Shown one piece after another: positions 10,851 to 21,152 of a stretch of DNA of 64,000 nucleotides. Both the position numbers and the translations under genes were made by a program. The DNA is from an uncultured delta proteobacterium (GTDB lineage Bacteria; Desulfobacterota; RBG-13-43-22), in assembly GCA_963790475.1 (NCBI GenBank), contig CAWBOS010000010.1, forward strand, positions 736,001 through 800,000, written 5' to 3'. Every line of letters starts with the position of its first letter. The stretch's first letter is position 1. Below the pieces are notes generated by a model, which did no database searches, was not told the DNA's origin, and saw only the letters and a list, made by a program, of their open reading frames with translations.

Positions 10851-10898
10851 CGAAATATTCTATCCAATTTGAGTAGAATTCTATTCCTAAGTTACTAA

Positions 10899-11552
10899 TT
10901 ACCTAGAAGAATTATCTAGACTATTAAATAAAAAACAGATCCGTTGCAGGGCTGTAAGGTGGGTGCCAAGGGTGAGCAAAAAAAGAATAGCGATAAAAAA
11001 GAAATGATCAGCAGCCCAGGTTTGGGTGGGAAAAATAACGATCAATAGGTCGGTTATGATTGATCCTATCCCCAAGGTGATCACCCGCTCGGCCCGGCCG
11101 AAATACCCCACTGAAACCGACAACCCAAGCCCTTCGCCTCGGGCACGGGAATAACTGACCAGAAAGGAACCGGTTAAAAAAAGAAAAAGCAGAGCGGTAA
11201 TTAAGATTTGTCCATTATTAGCGGGATTAAATGAAAAATAAAGCCAGATTCCAAAGACGGCGAAAAAATCACTGTATCGATCTAAAACAGAATCCAGGAA
11301 AGCCCCGGACGAGGTTTGTTGTTTGGCCTTCCTGGCCAGTCCGCCGTCCAGGCTATCTATGGCCCCGGAAACAAGGACCCCTATTCCACCCAGCCAAAGG
11401 GAATAACTATAGGCGGGAATGGTCAACAGGCTGAAAAACAGGCCGATCAAGGATATGTGATTGGGTTTTAAGTCTAGACGGTATAGGAAAGGGACAGGAA
11501 CTTTTTCAACCCAGTCCAGGTAACGGATTCCGAACTTGGTTTCACGAAGCAA
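10899..11552 (-). CDS. CDP-alcohol phosphatidyltransferase, phosphatidylinositol-phosphate synthase-like
   Basis: DSLDGGLARK...GAFLDSVLDRYSD signature; SYSRARGEGLG and RAER motifs as in PIP synthases; downstream of ino1. Confidence 0.85.
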   Translation of the reverse strand: MLRETKFGIRYLDWVEKVPVPFLYRLDLKPNHISLIGLFFSLLTIPAYSYSLWLGGIGVLVSGAIDSLDGGLARKAKQQTSSGAFLDSVLDRYSDFFAVFGIWLYFSFNPANNGQILITALLFLFLTGSFLVSYSRARGEGLGLSVSVGYFGRAERVITLGIGSIITDLLIVIFPTQTWAADHFFFIAILFLLTLGTHLTALQRICFLFNSLDNSSR

Positions 11553-11617
11553 GGGACCGACTCTTTAAGAAAGATTTGGTCATGTTCTGGCAGATATAAA
11601 TTCCTCAGCGGCCTTTT

Positions 11618-12712
11618 CTATTTTTTGCAGTAGTTCAGATAAACTTCGATTCGTCGCCTGGCCTCTCCTTCCTCCATTTGAACCGGAGGATGTTTCATGA
11701 GATAAGCTGAGACAGGGAGCATTACCCCGGCTTCACCACGATCGCGGGCCACTCGGCAATATCTTATGGCATCAATAGCCACTCCGGCGCTGTTGGGGGA
11801 ATCCTGGACTGATAAACGGGCCTCAAGTTCCAGGGGGACACCGCAAAAATTTACGGCTTCAAGGCGCAAAAAGCAAACCTTGTTATCCTTCTGCCAGGGG
11901 ACATAATCGGAAGGACCGATATGGATATTCTCTTCAGCCAAAGGTTCTTGCAACTGGGATTGAACAGCTTCGGTCTTGGAAATCTTTTTGTTTATTAACC
12001 GATTCCTTTCCAGCATGTTCAAAAAATCAGTGTTTCCCCCGGTATTGAGTTGATAAGTCCGTTTGATCTTGACCCCCCGTTCCTCAAAAAGATGGGCCAA
12101 TACCCGGTGGATGATGGTGGCGCCGACTTGGGATTTAATATCATCTCCAACCAGCGGAATCCCCCGCTGTTCAAATTTTTTGGCCCACTTGGGATCGGAA
12201 GCGATGAACTCGGGCATGCAATTAATCAAACTCACCCCGCTTTTAAGACAACAGGTGGCGTAATAACGAACGGCCTCGGATGAGCCAACCGGAAGGTAGT
12301 TAACCAGTATTTCGGCTTTGGATTTTTTTAAGACCCCTTCAACATCCACCGGTTTTTGTTTGGACGGCAAAAAAGTCCGTTCCGGCGGGAAATCCTTCAT
12401 ATGGGCAGCAAAGCCATCTAAAATCGGCCCCATCAGGACCTGAACGCCGTAATGGGGAAGAGAAGGCCAAATCGGATAGACGCAGTTGGGTGGAGAAAAA
12501 ACGGCTTCTTCAAAAGGACGTCCTACTTTTCGGCGGTCGATATCAAAGGCGGCCACGATTTGAATATCTTCGGGTAAATATCCGCCAAGAATTTTATGCA
12601 TCAAACCTTCTTGAACAAACGGGTTGTGCCGGTAATATTCAATCCCCTGTATCAAGGCGCTGGCGCAGTTTCCCACTCCGCAAATAGCCACCCGTATGTT
12701 CCCTTTGGACAT
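11618..12712 (-). CDS. ino1: Inositol-3-phosphate synthase (MIPS)
   Basis: GVGNCASALIQG, NYLPVGS, GDDIKSQVGAT, YQLNTGGNTDFLNM and DSPNSAG motifs. Confidence 0.95.
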   Translation of the reverse strand: MSKGNIRVAICGVGNCASALIQGIEYYRHNPFVQEGLMHKILGGYLPEDIQIVAAFDIDRRKVGRPFEEAVFSPPNCVYPIWPSLPHYGVQVLMGPILDGFAAHMKDFPPERTFLPSKQKPVDVEGVLKKSKAEILVNYLPVGSSEAVRYYATCCLKSGVSLINCMPEFIASDPKWAKKFEQRGIPLVGDDIKSQVGATIIHRVLAHLFEERGVKIKRTYQLNTGGNTDFLNMLERNRLINKKISKTEAVQSQLQEPLAEENIHIGPSDYVPWQKDNKVCFLRLEAVNFCGVPLELEARLSVQDSPNSAGVAIDAIRYCRVARDRGEAGVMLPVSAYLMKHPPVQMEEGEARRRIEVYLNYCKK

Positions 12713-13124
12713 GCCAAAATCTCCCTTCCATGGGTCTCGTAGAAAAAGCTGAAAAAATTTAAGGAATTATCCAATACTATAATTGTTATAATAAAATATT
12801 TCAAAAATCAACCAAAAATACTAAAAGAGTTAATAAATAAGTGGCTAATAGAAATAGAAAAAGTCATTTTTGCTTTTACTCTTTTCCTCGGTCTTGATTT
12901 GTGATAGACTCCAAAAGAGTTTTGTCGGGGAAATCTCTCTTATATCGGGGCGAAAACTATTATGAATATAATAGATCAATAGCATCCCCACGCCGGCCAT
13001 TGGGACCCGGCTAATCGACCACTGGAGTTTTTCATATAAGTTAGAAGAGACTTTAAGATAGGTGGTTGAAGCTGGTCTTTCTTGAATAGATCAGTCAATA
13101 ATCATGGAATAAAGGTGGAAATTA

Positions 13125-13775
13125 ATGGTGGAAAGAATATTGGCGATAGGCGATATCCATGGCTGTTATCTTAAACTGGTCAGACTCATGGAAAAAATTA
13201 AATTCAATTCTGAAAAAGATATCCTGGTCTTTTTGGGGGACTATATCGATCGGGGAGATCAATCCAAAGATGTGGTGGATTACCTGGTTCAACTCAAAAA
13301 GCAATGGCCTTCAACAATCTTTCTTTTAGGGAATCACGAGCAGATGTTGCAGGAGTTTCTCGGTGGGGAAAATATCAATTCCTTCCTGGTTAATGGAGGC
13401 AAGAAGACTTTGGACAGCTATCTGGGAGATAGCCGTCTCTATTCTTCCCAGGATCCGAGAACCGTTTTTCCTCCTGAACATTTGGAGTTTTTTCAATCTC
13501 TGGCTCCCCATTATGAACTGGAAGACTATATCTTTGTGCATGCCGGCCTCCGGGAAGGGATCCCTTTGGAGAGTCAGGATCTTTTTGATCTCCTTTGGAT
13601 TAGAGAAGATTTCTATTTTTCCAAAGCCAACTTCGGGAAGACCGTAGTTTTTGGTCACACCCCATTCCAAAAACCTTTTATTTATAAAAACAAAATCGGT
13701 ATTGATACCGGAGCGGCTTACGGTAATAAACTAACCTGCCTCGAATTGCCGGCCATGAAATTTATCAGCGTATGA
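13125..13775 (+). CDS. Ser/Thr protein phosphatase, PphA/PrpA-like metallophosphoesterase
   Basis: GDIHG, GDYIDRG, GNHE, HAG, GHT and IDTG motifs. Confidence 0.9.
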   Translation: MVERILAIGDIHGCYLKLVRLMEKIKFNSEKDILVFLGDYIDRGDQSKDVVDYLVQLKKQWPSTIFLLGNHEQMLQEFLGGENINSFLVNGGKKTLDSYLGDSRLYSSQDPRTVFPPEHLEFFQSLAPHYELEDYIFVHAGLREGIPLESQDLFDLLWIREDFYFSKANFGKTVVFGHTPFQKPFIYKNKIGIDTGAAYGNKLTCLELPAMKFISV

Positions 13776-13993
13776 CCCTGTGGGGCAGGTTTCAAATCGG
13801 CGAGAAAAGAATTTTTCAGAGGCCTGAGAGGAATTCATTTCTTTTTTCTATCGTTTATTCTTTTGAATCCCGACTGGCCGCCATTTTTATTATTGACCTG
13901 AGAAAATAATTTTGATAAATAATATCAGGAAATAATATATTAATGTCCATTCAATAAGAATGGCCCTAAGACCGACTTGAAAAGGAGGCGGAG

Positions 13994-14632
13994 ATGAAGA
14001 TCAAATACTGGATGACGAAGGAGCCGATTACGGTAACCCCGGATACTTTGGCGATCGATGCCCAGAAGATTATGAAAGAAAATAAGATTCGCCGCCTGCC
14101 GGTGGTAGAAAAGGGGAAACTGGTGGGAATTGTCACTTTCCGCAATCTTATTGAGGCCGCGCCTTCCTCCGCTACTTCTTTAAGTATCTTTGAGTTAAAT
14201 TACCTGATTATGAGGATGAAGGTAAAAGACCTGATGAAAAAGAATGTCATCACCATTTCTCCGGAAGACACGGTTGTCGATGCCATTTCTTTAGGAATGA
14301 AACACGACATCGGTGGATTTCCGGTAATGGATCATGGCGAATTAGTGGGAATTGTAACCGAAACCCAGATTTCCAGGGCCATGATGCGTCTGTTCGGAAC
14401 CAACGTCAAAGAAGAAATCGTTCATATAGAAAATGTGGATCTTCAGACCGGAACCTTTGGAAAAATCGTAGCGATAGTCGAAAAATTGGGAGTAACGGTC
14501 GTCAGTATGTTTTCTGTCCCCAAAAGGACGACGGACCTGATGCGGGTCTATCTCCGAATCAAACCGGACAACAAAGCCAAAGAGAAGGTAGTCGCCGAGC
14601 TTAAAAAGACTGGTTATGATATTGAAGAATAA
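13994..14632 (+). CDS. AcuB-like CBS-pair plus ACT-domain protein
   Basis: Two CBS domains (IRRLPVV..GKLVGIVT; SSATSLSIFEL) and a C-terminal ACT-like domain; strong RBS AGGAGG. Confidence 0.85.
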   Translation: MKIKYWMTKEPITVTPDTLAIDAQKIMKENKIRRLPVVEKGKLVGIVTFRNLIEAAPSSATSLSIFELNYLIMRMKVKDLMKKNVITISPEDTVVDAISLGMKHDIGGFPVMDHGELVGIVTETQISRAMMRLFGTNVKEEIVHIENVDLQTGTFGKIVAIVEKLGVTVVSMFSVPKRTTDLMRVYLRIKPDNKAKEKVVAELKKTGYDIEE

Positions 14633-14669
14633 TCTTGGGATGTTAATTGTTAATGAGGTAACTGATCTT

Positions 14670-14700
14670 GAATGCCCTGAGAACCAGGGCATTCTTTTTT
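14670..14700 (+). terminator. Rho-independent terminator
   Basis: GAATGCCCTG-AGAAC-CAGGGCATTC perfect 10-bp stem followed by T6. Confidence 0.75.
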
Positions 14701-14710
14701 AAAGGCAGGG

Positions 14711-15661
14711 ATGAAAAAGATAATTTTCCCTTTATTGATGCTGTTGTTTTTATTACTCGCCGGCCGGTTAGCCTATGCTGAGGAGACCAACCGGATTGTG
14801 GCCATAGTGAATGATGAAATTATTACTTTCCACGAATTGGAAAAAGCCAAAAAAAATTTTAGGCTCCCGGTGCTCGGAAAAGGGGGGCAAGAAGAACTTG
14901 AAAAACAGGTTTTATTTCAGTTAATCGATCAGAAATTGGTCGATATCCAAATAAAACGATCGGGTATCCATATTCCTCCTGAGGAGGTTGACAAGGCCGT
15001 TGCCAGGATCAGAGAGGAACGAGGTTGGACCAGTTCGGAAGATTTCTCCAAGGCCTTGCTCAAGGAAGGGCTGTCTGAACCCGAATTTAGAGATAAGATC
15101 AAAGAACAAATTTTGCGGTATAGACTGATAAGCCGTGAAATCGGGAGCAAAATTATCATCCCGGAGGACCAGGTACGGGGATTTTACCAAAAGAATAAAT
15201 CCAAATTTCAAAGGACGGAAGGGGTTCAATTGGCCCATATTTTTTTAGCGGTTTCGGAGAAAACCACGCCGGAAGAGCGCTTAAGTCAAAAAAAGAAGAT
15301 CGATGAAATTCACGACCGCCTCTTAAAAGGTGAGGATTTTGCTGAGTTGGCTCGAAAGTTTTCCCAGGATCCTTCAGCCTCTCAGGGAGGAAATCTGGGA
15401 ACGTTTGTTATTGAAGAGATAGATCCGTCTCTTCGAGAGGTGATATCCTCCATGAAGCCTGGTGAATTTAGTCCGGTCTTGCAGTCCCCGCAAGGATGGC
15501 AGATCGTCAAGTTGATTGATTTTCAGGGGGGTAAAGAAATCAGTTTTGATGAAGCCAAGGAACGGATACGAGAACAGCTCTTTCAAGAGGAAGTGGATAA
15601 ACGCTTCGGCGAATGGCTTCAAAAATTAAAGGATCGTTCTTATATCCAGATTCTTCTCTGA
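14711..15661 (+). CDS. SurA-like periplasmic chaperone / peptidyl-prolyl isomerase
   Basis: Signal peptide, NRIVAIVNDEIIT SurA N-terminus, parvulin domain DFAELARKFSQD..GGNLG. Confidence 0.88.
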   Translation: MKKIIFPLLMLLFLLLAGRLAYAEETNRIVAIVNDEIITFHELEKAKKNFRLPVLGKGGQEELEKQVLFQLIDQKLVDIQIKRSGIHIPPEEVDKAVARIREERGWTSSEDFSKALLKEGLSEPEFRDKIKEQILRYRLISREIGSKIIIPEDQVRGFYQKNKSKFQRTEGVQLAHIFLAVSEKTTPEERLSQKKKIDEIHDRLLKGEDFAELARKFSQDPSASQGGNLGTFVIEEIDPSLREVISSMKPGEFSPVLQSPQGWQIVKLIDFQGGKEISFDEAKERIREQLFQEEVDKRFGEWLQKLKDRSYIQILL

Positions 15662-15676
15662 TCCAGCTGAGATTTC

Positions 15677-16969
15677 ATGATCGTTTCTATTGCAGATTGC
15701 CGTTCATTTATTGGACAGGAAGTGACCATCCGGGGCTGGCTGGTCCATAAACGCTCCAGCGGCCAGGTCCGTTTTTTAATTCTCAGGGATGGAACGGGAA
15801 TCTTGCAGGCGATTCTATTAAAAAAAAAGGTTTCGGCCGAGGTTTTTCAGTCCTATGATCAATTAACTCAGGAATCTTCCCTATCCTTGACCGGAATTCC
15901 CCATGATGATCCCCGAGCACCGGGAGGGGTTGAATTAGAATTAAGTGGTCTCGATGTCTATCAGCTTACCAAAGAATACCCGATTTCCCCGAAAGAACAC
16001 GGCGTTGCCTTTTTAATGGAACATCGCCACCTCTGGCTCCGTTCGGCTCGGCAGCAGGCAATTCTTTGGGTCAGGCATGAATTAATCCGAGCGATTCGTG
16101 ACTTTCTGGATACCCACCATTTTATCCAACTGGATGCCCCGATATTGACTCCTGCGGCTTGTGAAGGGACGAGCACCCTTTTCAGCACCTCTTATTTCGA
16201 TCAAGGAAACGCTTATCTTTCTCAAAGCGGTCAGTTGTATATGGAGGCCGGGTCTATGGCTTTCGGCCGGGTCTATTGTTTCGGTCCATCCTTCAGGGCC
16301 GAAAAATCCAAAACCCGTCGGCATCTCACTGAATTCTGGATGGTCGAACCCGAGATAGCTTTCGCTGACTTGGAAGAGTTGATTTCCTGGGCTGAACAAC
16401 TAATCTTTTTTATGATCAGCCGGGTTGTGGAGAATCGACGCCCGGAACTTAAACTTTTGGAAAGGGACATAGCCTTTTTAGAAAATATTAAGCCCCCTTT
16501 CCCTCAACTATCATATTTACAAGCTATGGAAATTATAATAAAAGAAGGACATTCTTTTTCTTTTGGAGATGACTTGGGGGGCGACGAGGAGACTCTTGTC
16601 GGTTCGCAATTCGATCTGCCGGTGATCATCCATCGTTATCCAAGTGTTTGCAAAGCCTTTTATATGAAGAGGGATCCCGAAGACTTGCGTTTGGTTCTGA
16701 ATATGGATATTCTGGCTCCGGAAGGATATGGCGAAATTGTTGGAGGATCGGCAAGGGAGGAAGATCTGGAACAGCTTCGGGAGAGAATCAAAGAACAGAA
16801 TCTTTCCGAAGATGATCTTAAGTGGTACTTGGATCTTCGACGTTTCGGAACTGTTCCTCATGGAGGATTCGGGCTGGGATTGGAGAGGATGGTGGCCTGG
16901 GTCTGCGGATTAAAACATGTTCGCGAAGCGATCCCTTTCCCCAGAACCCTATATAGGCTTTACCCTTAA
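15677..16969 (+). CDS. asnS: Asparagine--tRNA ligase
   Basis: OB-fold anticodon domain, [48 protein letters not shown]. Confidence 0.95.
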   Translation: MIVSIADCRSFIGQEVTIRGWLVHKRSSGQVRFLILRDGTGILQAILLKKKVSAEVFQSYDQLTQESSLSLTGIPHDDPRAPGGVELELSGLDVYQLTKEYPISPKEHGVAFLMEHRHLWLRSARQQAILWVRHELIRAIRDFLDTHHFIQLDAPILTPAACEGTSTLFSTSYFDQGNAYLSQSGQLYMEAGSMAFGRVYCFGPSFRAEKSKTRRHLTEFWMVEPEIAFADLEELISWAEQLIFFMISRVVENRRPELKLLERDIAFLENIKPPFPQLSYLQAMEIIIKEGHSFSFGDDLGGDEETLVGSQFDLPVIIHRYPSVCKAFYMKRDPEDLRLVLNMDILAPEGYGEIVGGSAREEDLEQLRERIKEQNLSEDDLKWYLDLRRFGTVPHGGFGLGLERMVAWVCGLKHVREAIPFPRTLYRLYP

Positions 16970-16997
16970 GAATCTCGCCAATCGGATATCTATCCTT

Positions 16998-17759
16998 ATG
17001 CCCAGCAAAACGGCCGAGGCCATTATTCTTCAGGTCAAACCATATGGAGAGGCGGACCTGATTATAGATTTCTTTTCTTCCCAATGGGGGAGGATGAGAG
17101 GGATCGCCAAAGGGGCCAAAAAAAGTAAAAAACGGTTTGTCCATTGTCTCGAACCTTTGAATTGGGTTCACTTGAATTTCTTTGAAAAACAAAATAACTC
17201 TCTGGTACGCATCGATCAGGGAGAGTTGATTCACCCTTTTCCGGGGATTCGAAAAGATTACCTAAAATGGGGGCAGGCCGCCTATTTTTGTGAAATGATC
17301 AAAGAACTGTTTGCTGTCGGGGATCCCAATTTGTCGGTTTTTGAATTAATCAGGGAATCTTTGCAGGTCCTTGAACAGGGGAAAGGGTATCAGGAGATAT
17401 TCGGCATTTTTCAAATCCGGTTGCTTAAAATAGCCGGGTACGCCCTTTACTTAAGCTCTTGTCTGGGATGCGGGAAAAAATCTGAGGAAATTATTGACCC
17501 TATTTTTTCTTTGAACAGAGGAGGGATTTTCTGCCCTGGTTGCCTGGGAGGAGAAAATGGGATCCACCTGTCCCCTGGTGCCGTCCAGTGCCTTCGCCAA
17601 GCCATGACCATGGCCATACCTCAGGTTTTTCGGATTCGCTTCACCCGGAAGATGGGAGAAGAAATTGAACGCCTTTTACAATCTTTTTCCTGCCGGATTA
17701 TGGGTAAGGAATTAGGATCGGCCCGCTACCTGAAACAACTACAAGAAACTTATGGGTAA
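16998..17759 (+). CDS. recO: DNA repair protein RecO
   Basis: AIILQVKPYGEAD, AKGAKKSKKRF and CxxC...CxxC zinc finger; precedes glyQS as usual; likely ATG at 16998. Confidence 0.92.
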   Translation: MPSKTAEAIILQVKPYGEADLIIDFFSSQWGRMRGIAKGAKKSKKRFVHCLEPLNWVHLNFFEKQNNSLVRIDQGELIHPFPGIRKDYLKWGQAAYFCEMIKELFAVGDPNLSVFELIRESLQVLEQGKGYQEIFGIFQIRLLKIAGYALYLSSCLGCGKKSEEIIDPIFSLNRGGIFCPGCLGGENGIHLSPGAVQCLRQAMTMAIPQVFRIRFTRKMGEEIERLLQSFSCRIMGKELGSARYLKQLQETYG

Positions 17760-17868
17760 CCATTAGCTCGTAGCTCATAGCGGAAAGCCGGTAGGTTAAA
17801 ACGAGAAAGATTATCCTCTAAACTATCCGCCATAAGCTAAAAATATTTGTTATTTTTAGGGAGGTTAT

Positions 17869-18750
17869 GTGCTTACTTTTCAAGAATTAATTGAGGCCCT
17901 GAACGGCTATTGGTCCCGTCAGGGTTGTCTGCTTATTCAACCTTATGATCTGGAAATGGGGGCCGGGACCTTCCATCCGGCTACTTTTCTGAGGGTTTTG
18001 GGACCGGAGCCTTGGAAAGCTGCTTATGTGCAACCTTCCAGACGCCCTACCGACGGCCGGTATGGAGAAAACCCGAATCGTTTACAGTATTTTTACCAGT
18101 ATCAGGTCATCCTTAAACCCTCTCCCCTGGATGTTCAGGATCTGTATTTGAAAAGTCTGGACGAGTTTCGGCATCCAACCCCTGGAACACGACTTGCGAT
18201 TTGTGGAAGACGATTGGGAGTCCCCGACCCTGGGGGCCTGGGGTCTGGGCTGGGAGGTCTGGCTGGATGGGATGGAAATCTCGCAATTCACTTACTTTCA
18301 ACAATGCGGGGGTATCGACCTTTCCCCTGTATCGGTGGAGCTTGACCTACGGTCTGGAACGGATTGCTATGTATCTTCAGGAAAAGGACAATGTCTACGA
18401 TCTGAAATGGAACAGTCGGATTGCATACGGTGAAATCCATCACCAGGATGAGGTCGAGTTTTCTATCTATAATTTCGATCAGGCGGATGTGGAACAGTTA
18501 CGAACCCTTTTTCGATCTTATGAACAGGAAAGCAAGAGATTGAATGACGTTGAAATTGCTCCGACCGGCCTATGATTTTTGCCTCAAGTGCTCCCATGTA
18601 TTTAATCTCCTGGATGCCAGAGGCGCTATCAGTGTTACGGAAAGAACCGGATATATCGGCCGAGTTCGGGATCTGGCCCGGGCAGTAGCCCAGGAATATC
18701 TAGCCCAAAGGGAGACCATGGGTTTTCCATTATTAAAAAACCAGATATGA
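17869..18750 (+). CDS. glyQ: Glycine--tRNA ligase alpha subunit, interrupted by three frameshifts (~18165, ~18343, ~18552; probably assembly errors)
   Basis: [55 protein letters not shown] and [21 protein letters not shown] occur collinearly in four successive frames. Confidence 0.93.
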
Positions 18751-18835
18751 TGGCTTCTTAAAAAGATGCTCCCTCAGCCCTTAAGACATCTGATAAGCCT
18801 TATTACCTTAATATCACGAGGTGAAGCGAGAAAAT

Positions 18836-20917
18836 ATGGAACAGGATTTATTACTTGAGATCGGGACCGAAGAAATACCTGCCCGTTTTATCCCTGGGGC
18901 ATTAAATGCTTTGAAAGGATTGGCCCAGGAGCGATTTCAGCAAGCCCGTCTTCAATACCGGGACATAAAGACCGTGGGGACACCTCGAAGGTTGGCCCTT
19001 TTGATGTTCGGAATTCCCCCTTTTCAATCCGACAAGGTAGAAAATATCATGGGCCCCCCGAAAAATACGGCTTTTTCCGAGGATGGCTCTCCGACCAAAG
19101 TTGCCCTTGGCTTCGCCAAGGCCAAAGGGGTGGAGGTTGGAGCATTGGAATTCATTGAGACCCCTAAAGGGATTTATCTCGGTTTCAAGAAAAGAATCGA
19201 TGGCCTTCCGTCTGTCGTTGTTTTGTCCAAACTCCTGCCTCAACTGATTTTAGACTTGCCATTCCCAAAGTCAATGCGCTGGGGGAGTTCCTCTTTTCGT
19301 TTTGCCCGCCCTATACATTGGATCGTTGCTCTTTTAGGAGATCAGGTAGTCCCTTTTACCTTGGAAGGGATCAAGTCAGGAAACCGGACCCTTGGCCACC
19401 GGTTTATGGCCCCTGAGTCCATACCCCTCAAAGATGCCGGAGAATATTTTTCAAAACTTCGACAAGCTCAGGTCATTGTAGACCCTGAAGAACGGAAAGA
19501 TAAGTTACATGAGGCCATTCAAGCCCTCGCCGACAAGGTCAAAGGACAAGTTTTAACCGATCCCGAACTACTGCAGGAGGTGAATTTTCTGGTCGAATTT
19601 CCCGACCCGGTTTCCGGTGCTTTTAATCCAGAATTTTTGAAATTGCCCCCGGAAGTTTTGATCACTTCCATGAAAGAACATCAGCGCTATTTCCCGATGG
19701 TTGACGGGCAAGGTGATCTTCTCCCCCGTTTCATTGCCGTAAACAATACTCGGGTGAAGGATACCCTACGGGTGGTCAAGGGCCATGAAAAGGTCCTTCG
19801 CGCCCGTCTTTCCGACGCCCAATTTTTTTTCAGGGAAGATTTAAAGAAACCCTTGAAAGAAAAAGTTGAGGCCCTGAAAACCGTGGTATTTCATTCCCGT
19901 TTGGGGACTTCCTTTGAAAAGGTGGAGCGCATAATGGGATTGGCTTCTTATCTATCCCGGAAACTGGCCCCGGAAAAAGAAGAGATGGTCATACGATGCG
20001 CCTTTTTGTGTAAGGCCGACCTGACTTCCCTGATGGTGGGGGAATTTCCGACCCTTCAAGGGATTATGGGCCGGGAGTATGCATTACGATCAGGAGAGCA
20101 CGAAGAAACGGCCCAGGGGATCTTTGAACATTATCTCCCGGCTTCGACGGGCAACCAGTTGCCCGGGACCATCACCGGGACTTTAGTCGGTCTGGCCGAT
20201 CGTCTGGATACCCTGACCGGGTTTTTCGGCCTGGGTCAAATTCCCACCGGCTCGGCTGATCCCTATGCCTTACGCCGTCAGGCCCAGGCCGTTATCCTGC
20301 TCACCTGGGCCAAAGGGTTTTCATGGTCGGTTAACGAAATAATCGAACAGGCTTTAATTCCCTATACCGGACTTTTTAAGGAAAACCCCGATACGATCAA
20401 AATAAACCTTTTGGCCTTTTTGGCCTTGCGCCTGCAACATTTATTGGAAGGGGAGGGGATCGGACGGGAAACGATTGAAGCCGTTATAGCCGCGGGATGG
20501 GACGAATTCTGCGAGGTGAAACTCAGGGCTCAGGCGCTGCAAGTCTTTCAAAATCATCCGGATTTTCCATCGCTGGTCGTTGGTTGTAAACGGGCCTTGA
20601 ATATCTTGAAAGGGGTCTCTCTCACCGAGGTCGGCCAGGTCAATACTGAATTATTGACTGAAAGTGAGGAAAAGGACCTTTTTCAAAAGGTTCAGGAAAG
20701 ACAATCCGAACTTGAGCGTCTTTTCAGGCAAAAAGGGTATTCCGATTACCTCCTCCATTTGGCTCAACTGCGTCCGACCATTGATGCCTTTTTTGATAAG
20801 GTCCTGGTCATGTCCCCGGAAGAAAAAATCAGGAATAATCGCCTGGCCTTATTGGTTCAGTTGACTTCCTTCTTTAACCGTTTCGCCCTTTTTTCAAAAT
20901 TTGGAGCCTTATCCTAG
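18836..20917 (+). CDS. glyS: Glycine--tRNA ligase beta subunit
   Basis: LLLEIGTEEIP, TPRRL, PKSMRW, GEFPTLQGIMG, GSADPYALRR and C-terminal DALR region (RNNRLALL). Confidence 0.95.
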   Translation: MEQDLLLEIGTEEIPARFIPGALNALKGLAQERFQQARLQYRDIKTVGTPRRLALLMFGIPPFQSDKVENIMGPPKNTAFSEDGSPTKVALGFAKAKGVEVGALEFIETPKGIYLGFKKRIDGLPSVVVLSKLLPQLILDLPFPKSMRWGSSSFRFARPIHWIVALLGDQVVPFTLEGIKSGNRTLGHRFMAPESIPLKDAGEYFSKLRQAQVIVDPEERKDKLHEAIQALADKVKGQVLTDPELLQEVNFLVEFPDPVSGAFNPEFLKLPPEVLITSMKEHQRYFPMVDGQGDLLPRFIAVNNTRVKDTLRVVKGHEKVLRARLSDAQFFFREDLKKPLKEKVEALKTVVFHSRLGTSFEKVERIMGLASYLSRKLAPEKEEMVIRCAFLCKADLTSLMVGEFPTLQGIMGREYALRSGEHEETAQGIFEHYLPASTGNQLPGTITGTLVGLADRLDTLTGFFGLGQIPTGSADPYALRRQAQAVILLTWAKGFSWSVNEIIEQALIPYTGLFKENPDTIKINLLAFLALRLQHLLEGEGIGRETIEAVIAAGWDEFCEVKLRAQALQVFQNHPDFPSLVVGCKRALNILKGVSLTEVGQVNTELLTESEEKDLFQKVQERQSELERLFRQKGYSDYLLHLAQLRPTIDAFFDKVLVMSPEEKIRNNRLALLVQLTSFFNRFALFSKFGALS

Positions 20918-21045
20918 TATTATTAACTTATTGATAATTATATTAAAAATTTTTTTACCTTGATCTTCCCTTTCCCTCCTTTTTCCCCGTTATCCTTTTT
21001 TCCGTTTTTACCCTCTATATCCAAACTAGGCGTTATCTCTCTGAT

Positions 21046-21073
21046 TAAAGTTTTCTGACCATAATACCGAGAA
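21046..21073 (+). promoter_or_regulatory. Putative sigma-28 (FliA) promoter
   Basis: TAAAGTTT start and TAAA-N16-ACCGAGAA vs consensus TAAA-N15/16-GCCGATAA, upstream of the SBP-chemoreceptor operon. Confidence 0.55.
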
Positions 21074-21152
21074 CCTTTATAAGAAGTTAAAAAAGACTGC
21101 CGGAAGGTCAAAAAATCGTCGGCAATCCGCTTCGATTATTAGGAGGTATTAT

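Noticed and set aside
17869-18750. Programmed frameshifting or true pseudogenisation of glyQ
   Set aside because: Three independent shifts without slippery-site patterns in an essential gene, with similar indels elsewhere, point to assembly error.
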